DNA of 64,000 nt, taken from the NCBI GenBank assembly GCA_022768065.1, contig JALELS010000026.1, forward strand, positions 8,961 through 72,960, written 5' to 3'. Made by a program: the position numbers and the translations under genes. Numbering within the stretch: position 1 is the first letter of the stretch; each line of letters opens with the position of its first letter. This DNA is from Ruminococcus sp. GTDB lineage: Bacteria > Bacillota > Clostridia > Oscillospirales > Acutalibacteraceae. The notes under the pieces were generated by a model. That model made no database searches, had not been told where the DNA came from, and was given only the letters and a program-made list of their open reading frames with translations. This document shows positions 35,149 to 42,800 of this stretch, piece after piece.

Positions 35149-36288
35149 TTGAAGCTATTCAGAAGCGGCAAACACATTGAAGCACCGGTAACCGCCGCAA
35201 CGCAGGGAACGTCCTCGGGACTCTTCCCCGCCGTTAACAACTACACGCCTCTTGTGCTGTGTCAAAACACACTTTACAAAAGCCTCATGGAGGCGGTTCC
35301 CGTAATAAACGCGGCGGTTCACAAAATAATACGCCTGACGGGCGGCTTTACGGTTGAAACGGGAAATGACGCTTACGATAAAATCCTTGCCGAATTTCTT
35401 TCGGACGTACCGTGCGACGCCGGCGAAAAAAGCGTTTATTCGTTTTTGGACACCTATTTTGAGCAGCTTTTGATTTACGGCACGGCAGTCGGCGAAATGC
35501 TTACTGACGAGTACGGAAACATACGCTATCTCTACAATGCAAGACCCGACGACATCAGTCTTTTAAGAGATCCGCGCGATTTTTCAAAAGTTCTTGTATG
35601 CCGCGCAGACACGGTACCGACTCCGGTAAAGCATCAGGAAAGAATACTGTTTACGGCACTTGACGCAGAGCCCGGCTCGCTCTACGGCACCTCGGTGCTT
35701 TACGGTCTGCCGTTTGTAAGCTCGGTACTGCTTAAAATATTTGAAGCCACCAAGTCCAACTGGGACAGGGTCGGCAATGTGCGATTTGCCGTAACCTATA
35801 AGCCCGACGGCGAGGCTCTGTCGAAATCATTTGCCAAGGAGCGCGCCGAGCTTATAGCGAACGAATGGAGCGAGGCTATGAAGAGCGGCAGCGTAAAAGA
35901 CTTTGTCTCTGTGGGCGACGTCGATATAAAGGTTATAGGCGCCGACAATCAAATTCCCGACAGCGAAGTTCCCGTGCGCGAGCTGCTTGAACAGATAGTG
36001 GCAAAACTCGGTATACCGCCGTTTTTGCTCGGGCTTTCGTGGTCAACCACCGAGACTATGTCAAAGGTGGAGACGGACGTTTTGACTACGGAGCTTTGGC
36101 ATTACAGAAGACATCTGACGCCGGTTATAGAAAAGATTTGCTCAACATTTCTTCGCAATATAGGCTCTTCTTTAAAGCCGTGTGTTGTGTGGGACGACAT
36201 CACGCTTCAGGACGAAGTCGAAAACGCCAAAGCAAGGCTTTATTCGGCGCAGGCAAAGGCACTTGAAAAGGAGGAAAAAACCGATTGA
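35149..36288 (+). CDS. Phage portal protein (HK97-type)
   Basis: The translation resembles Phage_portal family proteins (GIPPFLLGLSWSTTETMS clip/stem region). TTG at 35149 lies 9 nt after AAGGAGG. The track start at 34984 would overlap terL by 149 nt. Confidence 0.82.
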   Translation: MKLFRSGKHIEAPVTAATQGTSSGLFPAVNNYTPLVLCQNTLYKSLMEAVPVINAAVHKIIRLTGGFTVETGNDAYDKILAEFLSDVPCDAGEKSVYSFLDTYFEQLLIYGTAVGEMLTDEYGNIRYLYNARPDDISLLRDPRDFSKVLVCRADTVPTPVKHQERILFTALDAEPGSLYGTSVLYGLPFVSSVLLKIFEATKSNWDRVGNVRFAVTYKPDGEALSKSFAKERAELIANEWSEAMKSGSVKDFVSVGDVDIKVIGADNQIPDSEVPVRELLEQIVAKLGIPPFLLGLSWSTTETMSKVETDVLTTELWHYRRHLTPVIEKICSTFLRNIGSSLKPCVVWDDITLQDEVENAKARLYSAQAKALEKEEKTD

Positions 36289-37199
36289 ACAAATCATTTG
36301 AAAGTCAGGCGGACGAAAATGAGCTGTCAAAAGAGGATCTGGCGCTCATAAACACATTCACCCAAAAGGAAATGACGAAGGACGAGGTATTCACCTTCAG
36401 CGTAATACTCTGCGACAATGAGATAGACCGCGACTACGAACGCTTCACCGAAAAATCGCTGTCGGTTCTTGCCGACTTTTTCGTAGGCAAAACCGCAATA
36501 CGCGATCACAGTATGAAAAGCGCCGATCAGAGCGCAAGGACGTACAAGACAAAGGTAATAAAGGACAGCACGCGCAAAAATTCTCTCGGCGAGGACTATG
36601 TATATTTAAAGGCCTGGTGTTATATGCCGAAGATAAAGAAAAACGAAGAGCTCATTGAGGAAATCAAGGCAGGCATCGTAAAAGAAGTGAGCGTGGGCTG
36701 CGCCGTTAAAAACTGCGTCTGCTCCGTCTGCGGAAAAGAGCTGGGCAAAAGCGAATGTTCACACGTCAGAGGCGGCGTTTACGACGGCAAGCTCTGTTAC
36801 GGTGAACTGCAAAATCCCACCGACGCATACGAGTGGTCGTTTGTCGCCGTACCTGCGCAGAAAAACGCGGGTATCACAAAAAAATTCGGTTTCACCGCAG
36901 ACAGTGACGCAACCCGGCAGCTGACGTTCTTAAAAAGTGAAAACGAACGTCTGAAAAGTCTTGCTAAAGCAGGAGAGCTGTACCGCACCGAAAAGCGGAC
37001 GGAGCTTGTAAAAGCATTTATCGCCGCTTTCCCGTCGCTCGGCGACAAGGTATGCGAAAAAATGGCGGAGTGTCTCGAAACGGACGAGCTTTGCGCCGCG
37101 GCAAAGGCCGTGAGCAAAAACAATTTTACTTTGAGCTCTCCGCAGCTCGCACCGGCAAAAAAAGCCGAAGCAAATTCAAATTCGCAGTTCAGACTGTAA
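36285..37199 (+). CDS. Prohead protease (HK97/S78-like) fused to C-terminal scaffold-like coiled coil, with Cys4/His insertion
   Basis: Protease-like motifs (VGKTAIRDHS, KEVSVGC, EWSFVAVPAQ). The C-terminal ~100 aa are helical and charged. The TTG start overlaps the portal stop (TTGA), with AAGGAGG 10 nt upstream. Confidence 0.7.
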   Translation: MNKSFESQADENELSKEDLALINTFTQKEMTKDEVFTFSVILCDNEIDRDYERFTEKSLSVLADFFVGKTAIRDHSMKSADQSARTYKTKVIKDSTRKNSLGEDYVYLKAWCYMPKIKKNEELIEEIKAGIVKEVSVGCAVKNCVCSVCGKELGKSECSHVRGGVYDGKLCYGELQNPTDAYEWSFVAVPAQKNAGITKKFGFTADSDATRQLTFLKSENERLKSLAKAGELYRTEKRTELVKAFIAAFPSLGDKVCEKMAECLETDELCAAAKAVSKNNFTLSSPQLAPAKKAEANSNSQFRL

Positions 37200-37217
37200 A
37201 AAGAAAGGATAAAACAA

Positions 37218-38231
37218 ATGGCAATTTACGAAAACATCAAACTTGACAAGGGTCTTTACGGAACTTCAAAGGGCTTTCTCGCAGAGCTTGAGAGCATTGA
37301 CCCCTCCGAAAATTACAAGGGCACCTCTCTTGAGGGTCTCGACGCATTTGAACGTCAGCTCAAGCGTTTTGACATAAAGGTGAGCGGCAAGATGTCAAGT
37401 CCCGTCGAAAAGTTCTTTGCAACCACCGACAGCGCCGCTCTTTTCCCCGAATACATCTCAAGAGCGGTAAGAACCGGACTTGAAAGCGCAGATGTACTCT
37501 CTGAAATCATCGCCGCAAGAACGGTTATCGACGGTCTTGACTACCGCCCGATAACCTCTGTTCTCACAGACGACGACAAGGCTCTTAAAGAGACAGCCGA
37601 GGGTACCGCTATACCCGAAACCGCGGTTAAAACTCAGGAAAATCTCGTAAAACTCAAGAAGCGCGGCAGAATGTTATGCGCGTCATACGAGGCTATACGC
37701 TTCCAGAAGCTCGACCTGTTTACCGTCACCTTAAAGCAGATAGGCGCATACATTTCGAGAGCGCTCTTTAAAGACGCGGTAAGCGTTTTATCGCTCGGCG
37801 ACGGCAACAAAAACCCTGCGACCACGGTCAAGGTGGCCTCTTCCGGCAAGCTCACATATTCCGACCTCGTTTCATTCTGGAACGGCTTTGACCCGTATGA
37901 GCTCAACACCGTTATAGCCTCGCCCGACATCGCCGCAGCCATACTCAATATGACCGAAATGCGCGACGCCGCGGCAGGGCTCAACTTCCATGCAACCGGC
38001 AAAACCGTAACGCCGCTTGGTGCAAATATGCTGAAAAGCAGCGCCGTAACCGCGGGCACACTTATAGGTCTTGATAAAAACTGTGCCCTCGAAATGGTTG
38101 AGGCAGGCGGTATTCTCACGGAATACGACAAGCTGATCGACCGCCAGATAGAGCGCGCAGCCATTACCCAGACCGCAGGCTTTGCAAAAATATTTACCGA
38201 CGCGTCAAAAATCCTTTCGACAAAGGCGTGA
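37218..38231 (+). CDS. Major capsid protein (HK97 fold, no delta domain)
   Basis: 337 aa. Position after the protease, size and sequence character all fit phage MCPs. The assignment rests on my own recognition plus synteny and was not tested by any search. Confidence 0.75.
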   Translation: MAIYENIKLDKGLYGTSKGFLAELESIDPSENYKGTSLEGLDAFERQLKRFDIKVSGKMSSPVEKFFATTDSAALFPEYISRAVRTGLESADVLSEIIAARTVIDGLDYRPITSVLTDDDKALKETAEGTAIPETAVKTQENLVKLKKRGRMLCASYEAIRFQKLDLFTVTLKQIGAYISRALFKDAVSVLSLGDGNKNPATTVKVASSGKLTYSDLVSFWNGFDPYELNTVIASPDIAAAILNMTEMRDAAAGLNFHATGKTVTPLGANMLKSSAVTAGTLIGLDKNCALEMVEAGGILTEYDKLIDRQIERAAITQTAGFAKIFTDASKILSTKA

Positions 38232-38273
38232 TAAATCATAATAAATGAGACTCGCAAAGGGAGCGAACGAAAA

Positions 38274-38636
38274 ATGATAAACGAAAATGCAGTTCTTTAC
38301 AAGGCGAAAAGTCTTTTCGGCTTAGATAACACCGTACTCGCCCCTCTCTATTGCGTATGCCATCTGTTTTGCCTTGAACTCTACTCTCGGTTAAAGGACA
38401 AAAAAGATGCAAACGACGAGAGAATAATTTACCTTGCGGCGGTAAACTGCCTTTATTACAGCATACTTGAAAGCACCGACAGCGGCTGTTCGGTGGAGTC
38501 GGTAAAGGCAGGCGACGTCACCGTAAAAGAGGACGCGTCAATGCCTCTTAAAAAAGCGGTCGAATTAAAGAACGAAGCCGAAAGACTTGCGTCGCCGCTC
38601 CTTCTTGACGACGGATTTGTTTTTATGGGGGTGTGA
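38274..38636 (+). CDS. Head-tail connector (gp6-like) candidate
   Basis: 120 aa, first small ORF after the MCP. Assigned by synteny and size only. Confidence 0.45.
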   Translation: MINENAVLYKAKSLFGLDNTVLAPLYCVCHLFCLELYSRLKDKKDANDERIIYLAAVNCLYYSILESTDSGCSVESVKAGDVTVKEDASMPLKKAVELKNEAERLASPLLLDDGFVFMGV

Positions 38637-38637
38637 T

Positions 38638-38973
38638 ATGAAGTTTTCCGATGTATCCGCAAGGATAGGCAAAGATGTGTTTATCACAAACAGCACTGGC
38701 TGGCAATCCCCCGTATTCCGCGCGGCAATACAGCCGCTCCGCTATAAAAACAAGATGTATCTCGGCGGAGTTTACACCGAGGTCGGCAAAGCGAAATACG
38801 ACTACTTTTTGTATATAGGTCCGCCCGATCACGATATAAGCCGCCTCTCGGCGGATTCGAGGATAATCGACTCAAGCGGCAGGGGCTTTACGGTAGATCA
38901 CTGTGAAACGGTGTACTATAAAAACACGCCGTTTTATATATGGGCCATAGTAAGGGAGACGAACGGAATATAA
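38638..38973 (+). CDS. Head closure / head-tail adaptor candidate
   Basis: 111 aa. ATG at 38638, 1 nt after the upstream stop. Assigned by synteny and size only. Confidence 0.45.
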   Translation: MKFSDVSARIGKDVFITNSTGWQSPVFRAAIQPLRYKNKMYLGGVYTEVGKAKYDYFLYIGPPDHDISRLSADSRIIDSSGRGFTVDHCETVYYKNTPFYIWAIVRETNGI

Positions 38974-39411
38974 ATGTTTTTTGCAGTTGTTGCTCCGAGC
39001 GATATTCTCGGGTTCCTGTCCTCAAAGAGCGACATCACACGGAACTGCGAATTAACGCTCGCATACGAAAATGAAATCAAACCCACGCCCATGAAAAAAG
39101 CAATAGTTGCCCTGGGCGTGGAAAAGATGACCGTCGGCGATTATCTCACCGAAACCGCCAGCGACGGGTCTGTTACGGTGACCACAAACAGGCAGGCGGA
39201 TTTGGTTTTGAAAATATCAATATTCGCCCCATACAGCTACGGCTCATACGAGACGCATAAAATACTCGACAAAATAGCCACGGCTATGCTGTATTCGCAA
39301 AAGCTGTATACGGTCACAAACTTTGAGAGCGGCGGTGTGCACTATGTACGCGATACGGGCGCGCTCGTACTCGACACATACTTTACGCTCAGCAAAGTTT
39401 TTTCCGAATAG
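38974..39411 (+). CDS. Neck / tail-completion-like protein candidate (last gene of the module)
   Basis: 145 aa, starting immediately after the upstream stop. Assigned by position only. Confidence 0.4.
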   Translation: MFFAVVAPSDILGFLSSKSDITRNCELTLAYENEIKPTPMKKAIVALGVEKMTVGDYLTETASDGSVTVTTNRQADLVLKISIFAPYSYGSYETHKILDKIATAMLYSQKLYTVTNFESGGVHYVRDTGALVLDTYFTLSKVFSE

Positions 39412-39420
39412 GCACACACA

Positions 39421-39454
39421 AAAAGGGACTGTAACAAAAGTTACTGTCCCTTTT
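39421..39454. terminator. Bidirectional terminator between the phage-like module and ohyA
   Basis: AAAAGGGACTGTAAC-AAAA-GTTACTGTCCCTTTT, a perfect 15-bp stem. Confidence 0.8.
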
Positions 39455-39467
39455 AAATTGCCGACTC

Positions 39468-41261
39468 TTACTTTATAAGTCCGCTCTCTTCAAGAAGCAG
39501 CTCAATATCGGTGCCCTTAACCTTTTTCATAACAATTTTAAGAAGTTCCTTTTCTTTGAAGGAAAGCTTAATATCGGTTATGGGCTTTTTGTCTATGGCG
39601 TAATAGCAAGCACGCAAAAGCTCTCTAACGTCGTATTTGCTGCCCCATACCTCGGGAACGCCGCGGTCTACATTGAGAAGAGTGTATACCGATTCCATAC
39701 CGGTGCGCATAGAATATTCGGTTGTGAATATGGTGTCGCGCGGAGTTTCTGCGAACTGACCTATAAAGGCGAAGTTTACGGCGCCGTCCGGTACAACCTT
39801 AGGTCTGTCCTCATTTTTTCTCGGCTGGAAAAATGCGTTAATGTAAGGCATAAAGCAGGTTGTGGTGTTGCAGGCGTTCTTTGCCAAATCTTTTATCTCG
39901 CTCTCGGGAACTCCGATATGATAGAGCCACTCGCTGCAAACCTCTTCGCCCGTGCAGTTACGCATTGCCTTTTTAACGAAGTTGCCCTCTTTGTTTGTAT
40001 TCAGCGAATAGAGCCAAATGAGCACGGCGTTTTTATCCTGTGATTTAAACTGCGGCTGACGGTTTATGGTCCAAGAGAGATACCAGTTTTCGGTGCTGTC
40101 CTTTACGGTGACTATGCCGCCTGTTGTAACCTTGCCGTCTCGCGGGTCACGCTTACAGATGTTCATTATATGGCGTATGATTTCTTCGTTTGACGTCTCA
40201 ACCGTGGCGCTCATCCAGTTTGTCGCCTCAACATCGCTGCAGAACGCGTCGGGGTTGCCGAATTCGCCGTGTGCCGCCTGCTTTGCGATATTTTTCCACA
40301 TATCCCACGATTCGCCTGCGCCGTTTTTAATTTCTGAAAGGTCGGGGGCGTGCGTCTGGTCACCGTAGCACGAAGTATCGGTGCAGCAGCCGTTTGTGAT
40401 GAACACAAGGTCGTCCTCAACAAGGTCTATTGTCTGCTCATTGCCGTCCTTTACATAAACTATCTGCTTTGCGATTTTTTTGTCGCCGACGGTTTCGATT
40501 ATTACGTTTTTGACGTCCATACCGTACTCAATTTTTACATTGTGAGCTTCGAGGTATTTTACAAGCGGCAAAATCATACTCTCGTACTGATTATATTTTG
40601 TAAAGCGAAGTGCGCTGAAATCGGGAAGTCCGTCAATGTGATGAACATAGCGGCAAAGGTAACGCTTCATCTCAAGCGCGCTTGACCAACGCTGAAAAGC
40701 GAACATTGTCTGCCAGTAAAGCCAGAAGTTTGTGCTCCAGAACGAGTCGGGAAGTATATCGGATATTTTCTTATCCTCAAGTTCCTTTTCCGTTGTGAGG
40801 AACAGCTTTGAAAGAGCCATTGCCGACTCTTTATCGAGAGTAAATTTTTTGTCGGTGTGGGCGTCCTTGCCGCATTTTACTGTGGCACGGCAGAGCGAAT
40901 AGTTGGGGTCGTGCTTGTTAAGCCAGTAGTATTCGTCAAGTACCGATACGCCCGGAGTCTCTATCGACGGAACGTCGCGGAAGGTATCCCACATTACTTC
41001 AAAGTGGTTGTCCATTTCACGACCGCCGCGCATAAAGAAGCCCTTTGTCACATCCTTGCGACCGTCACAGCTGCCGCCGGCAAGCTCGTGCTTTTCAAGC
41101 AGATGAATGTGCTCACCTTTCATCTGACCGTCGCGGACGAGGTAAAACGCCGCAGTCAGACCGGCAAGACCGGTACCGATGATATACGCCGACTTTTTAT
41201 CTACATCCTTCGGTTTTTCGGGATGTGCAAACGATTCATAAGTTCCTGCAGAATAATACAT
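39468..41261 (-). CDS. ohyA: Oleate hydratase (MCRA family, FAD-dependent)
   Basis: 597 aa with an N-terminal FAD motif (AYIIGTGLAGLTAAFYL...GG) and typical MCRA blocks (GGREMDNHFE, MFAFQRWSSALEMKRY). Confidence 0.93.
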   Translation of the reverse strand: MYYSAGTYESFAHPEKPKDVDKKSAYIIGTGLAGLTAAFYLVRDGQMKGEHIHLLEKHELAGGSCDGRKDVTKGFFMRGGREMDNHFEVMWDTFRDVPSIETPGVSVLDEYYWLNKHDPNYSLCRATVKCGKDAHTDKKFTLDKESAMALSKLFLTTEKELEDKKISDILPDSFWSTNFWLYWQTMFAFQRWSSALEMKRYLCRYVHHIDGLPDFSALRFTKYNQYESMILPLVKYLEAHNVKIEYGMDVKNVIIETVGDKKIAKQIVYVKDGNEQTIDLVEDDLVFITNGCCTDTSCYGDQTHAPDLSEIKNGAGESWDMWKNIAKQAAHGEFGNPDAFCSDVEATNWMSATVETSNEEIIRHIMNICKRDPRDGKVTTGGIVTVKDSTENWYLSWTINRQPQFKSQDKNAVLIWLYSLNTNKEGNFVKKAMRNCTGEEVCSEWLYHIGVPESEIKDLAKNACNTTTCFMPYINAFFQPRKNEDRPKVVPDGAVNFAFIGQFAETPRDTIFTTEYSMRTGMESVYTLLNVDRGVPEVWGSKYDVRELLRACYYAIDKKPITDIKLSFKEKELLKIVMKKVKGTDIELLLEESGLIK

Positions 41262-41339
41262 AAAAGGTTCCTCCGTTTTTTAACATAAGCTCTTTGCGAA
41301 TTTATCGCTCGGTTCTTATGTTTTTTATTTTGTGTCTAT

Positions 41340-41368
41340 ATTTTAATTTGATACCGTAAATGTTTCAA
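41340..41368 (-). promoter_or_regulatory. Candidate ohyA promoter
   Basis: Minus strand reads TTGAAA (41368-41363), a 17-nt spacer, then TAAAAT (41345-41340). Confidence 0.45.
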
Positions 41369-41373
41369 TCGAC

Positions 41374-41409
41374 AAAAAAACCGCTGTGTCCGAAAATTTG
41401 ACACAACGG
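41374..41409 (-). terminator. Terminator downstream of tetR
   Basis: Minus strand reads CCGTTGTGTC-AAATTTTCG-GACACAGCGG followed by TTTTTTT. Confidence 0.65.
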
Positions 41410-41468
41410 TTAAAGTGTATTATTTTTTGACAAACACGGCAAAGTGTATAAAAAGCCGTAACCTTTAA

Positions 41469-42038
41469 TCAATGCCCTTGTCTGTCTGTGCGGAATCTCT
41501 CAAGAGCGCGGTTTACGTCTCCCTTAATAAGCACCGAAAGTCTCTCTATAAGGTTTTCGGGCTGCTCCCTCATACCCTTTTTTATCCAATCTATGGTGAG
41601 ACCGACAAAGGCATATTTGTAAAAGTCGATTATAAATTTCTCGTCCTCTTCGCGTATCGAAACTTCCTTTGCCTCTTCCTCAACAACGCCGCGCAACAGG
41701 TCATATGTCATAGCATACAAAAAATTCTCAACCTGCTCACGGCTCAGAGAATTATATGCGTTCATTATGAGCTTGCGGTTTTTGAGAATGCCGTAGAGTA
41801 TCTGAGTAAAGCCCTGCTGCCAGGTCTCATATGTCTCTTTACCCTCAAGATACTCCGACGCCATTTGCAGAAATATCCAGTCCACGAGGTCATAAATATC
41901 TTTAAAATGATAGTAAAAGGTCTGACGGTTTACGCCGCAATCCTCGATAATATCCTTTACCGTTACCTTATCGAGCGGCTTTTGCGAAAGAAGCTTTATC
42001 AAAGACGCTGCAAGCGCCCTTTTTGTGACCTGCGACAT
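41469..42038 (-). CDS. TetR/AcrR family transcriptional regulator
   Basis: N-terminal HTH (VTVKDIIEDCGVNRQTFYYHFKDIYDL). The plus-strand ORF at 41472-42062 is its antisense shadow. Confidence 0.9.
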   Translation of the reverse strand: MSQVTKRALAASLIKLLSQKPLDKVTVKDIIEDCGVNRQTFYYHFKDIYDLVDWIFLQMASEYLEGKETYETWQQGFTQILYGILKNRKLIMNAYNSLSREQVENFLYAMTYDLLRGVVEEEAKEVSIREEDEKFIIDFYKYAFVGLTIDWIKKGMREQPENLIERLSVLIKGDVNRALERFRTDRQGH

Positions 42039-42058
42039 TCAATTACTCCTCCGAGATG

Positions 42059-42784
42059 CTAATCGACATAGATGTCGACAACATTTTCATCAGCGCGTAT
42101 GGTGGAAATTATCATATTGAGAGACTCATCGCTCTTCGGGAAAATCAAAGCCTTTATGGTTGAAGTGTTTTTCTTCTTACGTAATTTTGAATCGCTGTCG
42201 TAGAGTATTTCCATGGAATGTATAACAGCACCCGAACGTCTGATTATTTTTGAGAGCTGCGGCACTTCGTCGGCAAGGTCCTTAACCTCTATATAAAGTG
42301 CTTTTCCTGCGTGGCCTCTTGCAACAACCTTTTTAAGGGAATTGAGCGTAAGATATATTACAAATGTCGCAACGAGCGCGCCTACAAAGAAGCCCGCGCC
42401 GACTGCAAGCCCGACGCACGATACCGCCCAAAGACTTGCGGCTGTCGTAAGGCCTTTAACGGAAAAGCCCTCGCGGAGAATTGTTCCGGCACCGAGGAAG
42501 CCTATGCCGCTGACTACCTGTGCAGGCATTCTTGACATATCGAGCTTGTCAGGGTATCTCTCTATCATATACACAGACGTCAGCATAACAACAGCCGAGC
42601 CGACTGCCACAAGAATATGAGTTCTGAAGCCTGCCGGTCTGTGCGAATGTTCACGCTCATAGCCTATTATACCGCCGAGCAATGCCGCGAGGCCCAAACG
42701 TACTATTGATATAATTGTATATTTTACGGGACTTATAGCCCACAGCCATTCGGCCGCGTTCCTTATCCACTCCAATATTATCAA
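42059..42784 (-). CDS. mgtC: MgtC/SapB family membrane protein
   Basis: 241 aa with MgtC signature blocks (GGIIGYEREHSHRPAGFRTHILV, GIGFLGAGTIL, GLTTAASLW) and a C-terminal ACT-like soluble domain. Confidence 0.9.
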   Translation of the reverse strand: MIILEWIRNAAEWLWAISPVKYTIISIVRLGLAALLGGIIGYEREHSHRPAGFRTHILVAVGSAVVMLTSVYMIERYPDKLDMSRMPAQVVSGIGFLGAGTILREGFSVKGLTTAASLWAVSCVGLAVGAGFFVGALVATFVIYLTLNSLKKVVARGHAGKALYIEVKDLADEVPQLSKIIRRSGAVIHSMEILYDSDSKLRKKKNTSTIKALIFPKSDESLNMIISTIRADENVVDIYVD

Positions 42785-42800
42785 CTCATTTCCGTATGAA

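Larger units (their letters stand above)
33304..39454 (+). mobile_element. Phage-derived head-assembly/DNA-packaging module with no tail, lysis, integration or replication genes
   Basis: Eight co-directional, tightly packed ORFs (TerS, TerL, portal, protease/scaffold, MCP, three neck-size proteins). Bounded by the marR operon on the left, and on the right by a strong hairpin terminator plus convergent ohyA. Confidence 0.7.

Noticed and set aside
37634-38257. 207-aa minus-strand ORF inside the capsid gene
   Set aside because: Antisense to the MCP. Ser/Ala/Pro-rich noise with no SD.
33058-39467. Search for att-like direct repeats, an integrase or a tRNA target flanking the phage-like module
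   Set aside because: By eye I found only trivial 5-6-nt matches (for example GGGACT) between the left (33180-33400) and right (39412-39467) borders. There is no tRNA gene and no recombinase ORF. A computational repeat search is still needed before excluding short att sites.
41472-42062. 196-aa plus-strand ORF
   Set aside because: Mirror image of the TetR gene. The minus-strand translation has an unmistakable TetR HTH and the plus-strand one does not.
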